A stretch of DNA of 64,000 nt from Epithemia pelagica. Its lineage: Eukaryota > Protista > Bacillariophyta. Below the pieces are notes generated by a model. The model was not told where the DNA came from. It ran no database searches and worked only from the letters and a program-made list of their open reading frames with translations. This document shows positions 58,974 to 64,000 of the stretch, piece by piece (the first letter of the stretch is position 1; every line of letters starts with the position of its first letter). Both the position numbers and the translations under genes were made by a program. The DNA is taken from the NCBI GenBank assembly GCA_946965045.2, contig OX337242.1, positions 2,356,001 through 2,420,000 on the forward strand. The letters run 5' to 3'.

Positions 58974-59430
58974 GAAAGCACCCCTAAGCGCATCCTACTA
59001 GAATCATCCGCGCGCAGGACACGCGCACACCTACAAGAACACGCGCACACCTACAAGAACATGCGCATGGCCCTTCCTCACGTTATTACTAAAAATGTGC
59101 TTTCCAGAACCAGCAAGCGCATGACCCACATTTCACCAACTTCAACACCATGCACAGTCAAGAACCAATAGTCATCACATCCCTCCACCTTCATGCACAG
59201 TCAAGAACCAACAGTCATCACATACCCTCCAATGTATGCACTCATCCTTGATTGTGTCACATCACCATCATGCGCATTACTCCAGCATCAAGTGCAAGCA
59301 AGTTGAACACAGTGCATTTAACTAACACCATGCACACACTCCCACTAACAACCAGCGAATGAATGGAACACAATACATGTAGCTATATAGGAGTAGTATA
59401 TGAAATGAAACCAATTGTCACTCTGATCAA

Positions 59431-61423
59431 TCACTGCCACGACCGTTTTCGTGGCCTTTTAGAAGGCCTTGTCACAGCATCATCATCTGCATACCCCATT
59501 CGAGAGCGATATTGCCCATTGAGAAACATCATGAACCAGATACCGCGGTCGCCTGCTCTGTCTTCACGGGCGATTTTCTCTTCCATATCCTCAAAATAGT
59601 CCATACCATCCTCATTCATACATCGACTTGAGTTCCAACTGCCTGAATATTTGAAGCGAGGATACCTTGCTGAGGATGTATCAATCATTTGATCAACACC
59701 ATTTTCATTGTACCACCTTGGATTTAATTCAAATAGTTTCGCCTTGAAAGTGGTCTTGCCCATGTGAGTCCACACATCCCAGCAATCCACAAGGATGGTC
59801 AATATGAATGCCTCGTCACTTGAAGTGAATAACTTCAAGGCCTTTTCGCAATGTTCCTTTCCCTGCTGCTCAGTGTGGTCACCAAAATTGAAATCAATCA
59901 CGGTTTTATGCATATTCTCACCATAGACACATGGACCAAATAATTGCAAGAGATATGAATAGGCATAGTTGTCACACTTCTCTCCTCTCAATAACAGAAA
60001 TTCTTCCAGGGTAGGCATTGGCCCAAAGTCTTCACAGTCGTTCAAAAGGCATGGATACCTCCGCTGGAAATTACTGTCACGCCATAGATCAAGACCCACA
60101 TGTTCTAGATTCAGCAACAAATTATCTCACATCTCTTTATGAGAAGACGACGTGATGAACCAACACATTCACTCTTCGATTGAAACTTACTTATAAATGC
60201 TTTTCGCATGGAAGCCAGAACATTTGATCGTTTGCTTCGGAACTTGTCAAGCATATAAGGTGAATGTTCAATCCACCACTCCTCTTGTTGTTTTGCATCC
60301 GTAATACCTTTGCCTTTGAAATAGTGCTCAGTAAAATATGTTTTGCCATACTTCCCCCAAAGACCATTCGGATCTGCCTTAGTATCTTCGGACATGGAGA
60401 AATACTTGACATAACGCCATGCCACCTTCCGAACAAATGTATCAAAGAACTTCTCCGATACCACCTCAGGCTTTTTCTTCGGCTTTTGCTTCTTATTCTT
60501 GTCCTTTTCAACAGAACCTTTGTGTGTAGTGGATGTTACAATCGTACTTGTCGGGCAAGATGATTGATTATGGTGTACTGTTGTTGTCTGTGTTTCCTGT
60601 GCCAACTGATTTTGAATATCGTCTTGTAGAAGAGTTTCCATCGCCTGATCAGGCCCTGTTGTTAGCAAAGTAGATGACGAAGATGACGACATATCCGAAA
60701 GGGAAGAAACGTCGTTAGCAAAGGTATCACCTGATGCATTCAACCCACAAACACCCCCATCATTAGAGCCGTCTCACCGACAAATTGTCCCCCTCCATTT
60801 TGTGCATCTAACAACTTACTGACAAGTCCTCCAGCAGGAAAATGTCTCTCATTAGGATCAAAATCATCTCCATCATACTCACTGGGTCCATTGTTCATAT
60901 TCTGCAATGCTCGTTGCATTTCAGGTCCAGTGAGAATATTTACACCGACGTCGTCTTCCTCCATGTTATTAACTGCCATGTTTGTTGGTTGCGCAAAACC
61001 AGATGATGGTTGTGTTCTCAGCCCACCCTGTTCATTATTGCTATCATCTGCTGAAGTCACATCGGCTCCATCTCTTTCTGAATTTGTTGCCTGCTCCAAA
61101 AGATTACCACTCCCTTCCACAGTTGTGCCTTCTTGTGCTTGTGCTTGATCGTTGTTCATCGAGATCTGTTCCTCTTCTTCCTCGTCATCAGAACTATCTT
61201 CTTGGAGTACTGAACCTCCATTGGCTGCTGCAATAAGAGCATCTTTGTTTGTAATTGTCCCGTCCTTGTTAGGAAGATTCTCTTTATTTCTTGTTGCCAC
61301 TGCTGCCAAGATGCTTCTTCGTTGTCGTTCAACCTCTTTCTGATTACTTCCATAGTTTGCATTTCGGACTGCTAAGGGTCGACGCCTCGTTGGAGCTGCA
61401 TTTCTGGTGGTGACTCCTGCCAT
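59431..61423 (-). CDS. Spliced hypothetical protein resembling accessory ORFs of Plavaka/CACTA-like elements
   Basis: Three adjacent ORFs. A GTAAGT...CTAG intron near 60190-60103 joins AFI-K-HVGLDL in frame; the first junction near 60800 is unresolved. Contains TSSDEAFILTILVDCWDVW...KYSGSW...EDGMDYF. Confidence 0.5.
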
Positions 61424-61987
61424 CGTTTATCTTGGATGCTCCGTCTGATTTATGACAAGGATGTGAACAAGAGCAGGGTAACAACAAGTCCTCTGATGGA
61501 CAACAATTCAAATTCAAATGCTGGAATGCTCCATGTTTGAATCATAAACTCCGTGTTTGAACGATGGTCCTTTGGAGAACGTATGAAGATGAGCATAGGT
61601 GGTTTCAAGTACATCGTACTTGAAACATGGAACATTAGTGCATGGGTTTGAATGATTGTCATTTCCTTACTAATGTCGACAGTGTCGGTATCCTCGGCAT
61701 TGACACAGTGTTTGAATTCCAATCGCTGCTATCACCGTTGGTATCTAACCCGGCAGGCTGGATTGGATTAAGTAAATACACACGACCGTTTGAAAATATT
61801 ATGATCCGTTCATGTACATAAGCGATTTTCAGTCGCTTTTATGCACCAACGTCGGCCGATCCACCCAATGCGGAGAAATTCTGATATATACCACAAGATT
61901 GACCACCGATGTCTCAATTTGCAGAAATCGATTACAGAGCATTTTTCATTCCAAACCAAAATCTAAAACCACCAGCATCGTACCATC

Positions 61988-62600
61988 ATGGGCCAGCGTC
62001 GTAAAGTAAAAAAGAAGTCACGAAAGAGATGCTCAAATACAAGCCAACAAGAGGAGTCCTTCATATCCTTTCAAGTGTGTCGTTTCTGTCAATCACGTTT
62101 CGATGCAAGAGGAATCAGCCGTCACGAAACAGTTTGTGAATTGAAAATGAACACACAAAGGAAATGGCCAAATGTTGGCGATGACAACAATGATTGTGCC
62201 AGTAACATGAATGCTGATCCAATGAATATTGATATCATGGACGACGAAACCACTATTCCGCATGCTGACCCACCAAAAGCATACTATGTACCTGGTGATA
62301 CAGATAATATTATTCTGCGCAACAGCAAGGAGTGCCCGGTTGATTTTCCTGCGTTCCTTGATAGAGATGGGAAGCAATTGAAACTTCATAAACACGATGC
62401 AGCCTTGGTCTCACTTATGATGTTACTTCGGAAAGCTGGTTGCCCCAAATATTTGTACAATTCGATCCTGGCATGGTCGAGTGACACATACTCAAGATGC
62501 GGTCCTGGGTTCTTCCTGGACAACCATTCAAAGAGGAAAACGTTCATCGAAAAGTTTTCTACCAAAGGTTTCAATTATCCCAAGGCAAAATTTTTCCTTG
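61988..62600 (+). pseudogene. N-terminal fragment of a Plavaka/CACTA-like transposase (tentative)
   Basis: C2HC zinc-finger-like CRFCQSRFDARGISRHETVC, then SLMMLLRKAGCPKYLYNSILAW...RKTFIEK; no catalytic domain follows. Confidence 0.45.
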
Positions 62601-64000
62601 TACCGTATTTGATTACTCGAAAAACAATTGGATATCGTCATACTCTTGTCTATCTGACCTTCTTTCCGACCCGGGTTTGGTCGACTACTCATTATGTTTC
62701 CAAGCATTCTGATCACAATAGCTTGTGGCATTGGCTTTGGAGTATCCTTTTTAGGTTCTGGCATTTTCACAATGCGATATCGCCACTTGTTACATTCCTT
62801 GTTTGTATCATGTGTTGTTTCATCTTCTTCCACTAATGATGGGTCATAACATAGACTGACAGGCGGGGCACCTTTTGACGTATTGACCAGGTCCCATTTT
62901 CGTAGTACATGACGCGTCGTTCCTTCCCAGTATTGGTCTGATCGATTATTTATTGGTTCGTAGATATGAAGTATCTTTTTGTCGATTTCGAAAGCCAATA
63001 AAGCTGGGTCGCTGACATCAGTTGCTGTTGTCAAGGCAATGATCGCCAATATCAGTGTCTTTGGATCCTGTTGTCTCCATGATGACATAGGAATTTTCTT
63101 AGGAAATGGGTTCCTGTTTGCTTCATCAAATGTTACCTTGTCAACATATACTAGGTTCTGATGGTTGTGATGGACCATCAACTTCAAACAAGTATAGAAA
63201 GACTCAATCGGCATGCCCGTCCTTGAAGTGTTGTAGCAAAGATCTCTCCGACGATGTCTATGTGGGATATGCAAAACACGCGTTGTAGGGTCCTGGTCAT
63301 TCATCAACCCACTGTAAGACATGCATAGTGTGCACCTAAATAATGTCTTGATTTCGACATGCGTGTTGTCTTTCCCCATACTCTTAGCATACTGGGTTGC
63401 TAGCTTCATGGCCGACTTGATGTTCTCGTTGTTTCTGTTAGCTTGTTTTTCCGCGAACTTGTCTAAGTAACCGTCACCAATGTTGTCGATGGATTCATTC
63501 GAGTCCCATGAGTCTTTTCTTCTCTTCTGGTTTACTATAGGATCAGGAAGGTGTGGAATTTCAATGAAAGGCGGTGGTACCACACCATCACCTGTCTCCT
63601 CATTTCCCTTGTTTATGGAAGCACAACGTCTCTAAGACAAAGAGATCAATCATTTTTGAGATTGTCTAATCCTTCTCGGTTCTTGGCAAGTCGCTCGAAC
63701 ATCTTACCTCGTTGTCTGCGGTTTTTTCATTGTCGTCGCTTATAATCTTCCTGACCTCTTCTACATGGTCTGATTTGAGGGCGACTTGGTTCAACGTTGT
63801 AATGGAAGTTGGTAGTACTTGTTCCTTTCTCTCGTCAGTAGGATCATTACCAGCGACGATCTTCTGTCTCTTTTTTGCTGGCGAGTCTGTACTCCGACGT
63901 TGCACGGCAATTTCTTTCGATTTCCTGGCAGACAGTACCTCTTGTTTTTCTATATAATGCAGTAGATCGTAGAACATACCGCCATCGTCTCCGTTTCTTC
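62528..64000 (-). CDS. Spliced protein with possible degenerate Ulp1/C48 peptidase-like domain (5' end outside window)
   Basis: A GTAAGA...TTAG intron near 63712-63632 joins ORF 63666..63977 to ORF 62528..63583 in frame. LILAIIA...DPALLAFEIDKKILHIYEP resembles the Ulp1 core strands but lacks the catalytic His-Trp. Confidence 0.4.

Overview
Eukaryotic, transposon-rich 64 kb window, probably from a diatom (inferred from the CoDi-like Copia pol, gene style and short GT-AG introns). From left to right: (1) the 5' end of a RAG1/Transib-like DDE transposon (unlisted minus-strand ORF 1737 to <1) whose terminus resembles a V(D)J recombination signal (heptamer, 11 nt, nonamer); (2) a ~14 kb inverted duplication with ~5.8 kb arms, each carrying an R2R3-Myb gene and a Crinkler-type NTPase+REase gene, centred on a truncated Penelope-like element (inverted copy, hammerhead-like motif, scaffold gap); (3) a host gene block (two mucin-like membrane proteins, DUF1499, a 2OG-Fe(II)-oxygenase-like gene head-to-head with a SAM methyltransferase, a Tudor/SH3-like protein, an ARM-repeat protein); (4) an internally deleted tyrosine-recombinase (Ngaro/PAT-type) retrotransposon lying between two related foldback structures, the right one a 212-nt rod whose internal loops all carry the same CTCCTCGT motif; (5) a young Copia element with identical 112-bp non-TG/CA LTRs and an in-frame TGA between gag and pol, inserted in a Crinkler-like pseudogene inside a patchwork of gene fragments; (6) a GT8 glycosyltransferase; (7) a structurally complete split-direct-repeat YR retrotransposon (A1-ORFs-B1-A2-B2) with a degenerate C5-methyltransferase-like region ahead of RT; (8) a probable Plavaka/CACTA-like transposon remnant. 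Family assignments come from visual motif recognition only; no searches were run.
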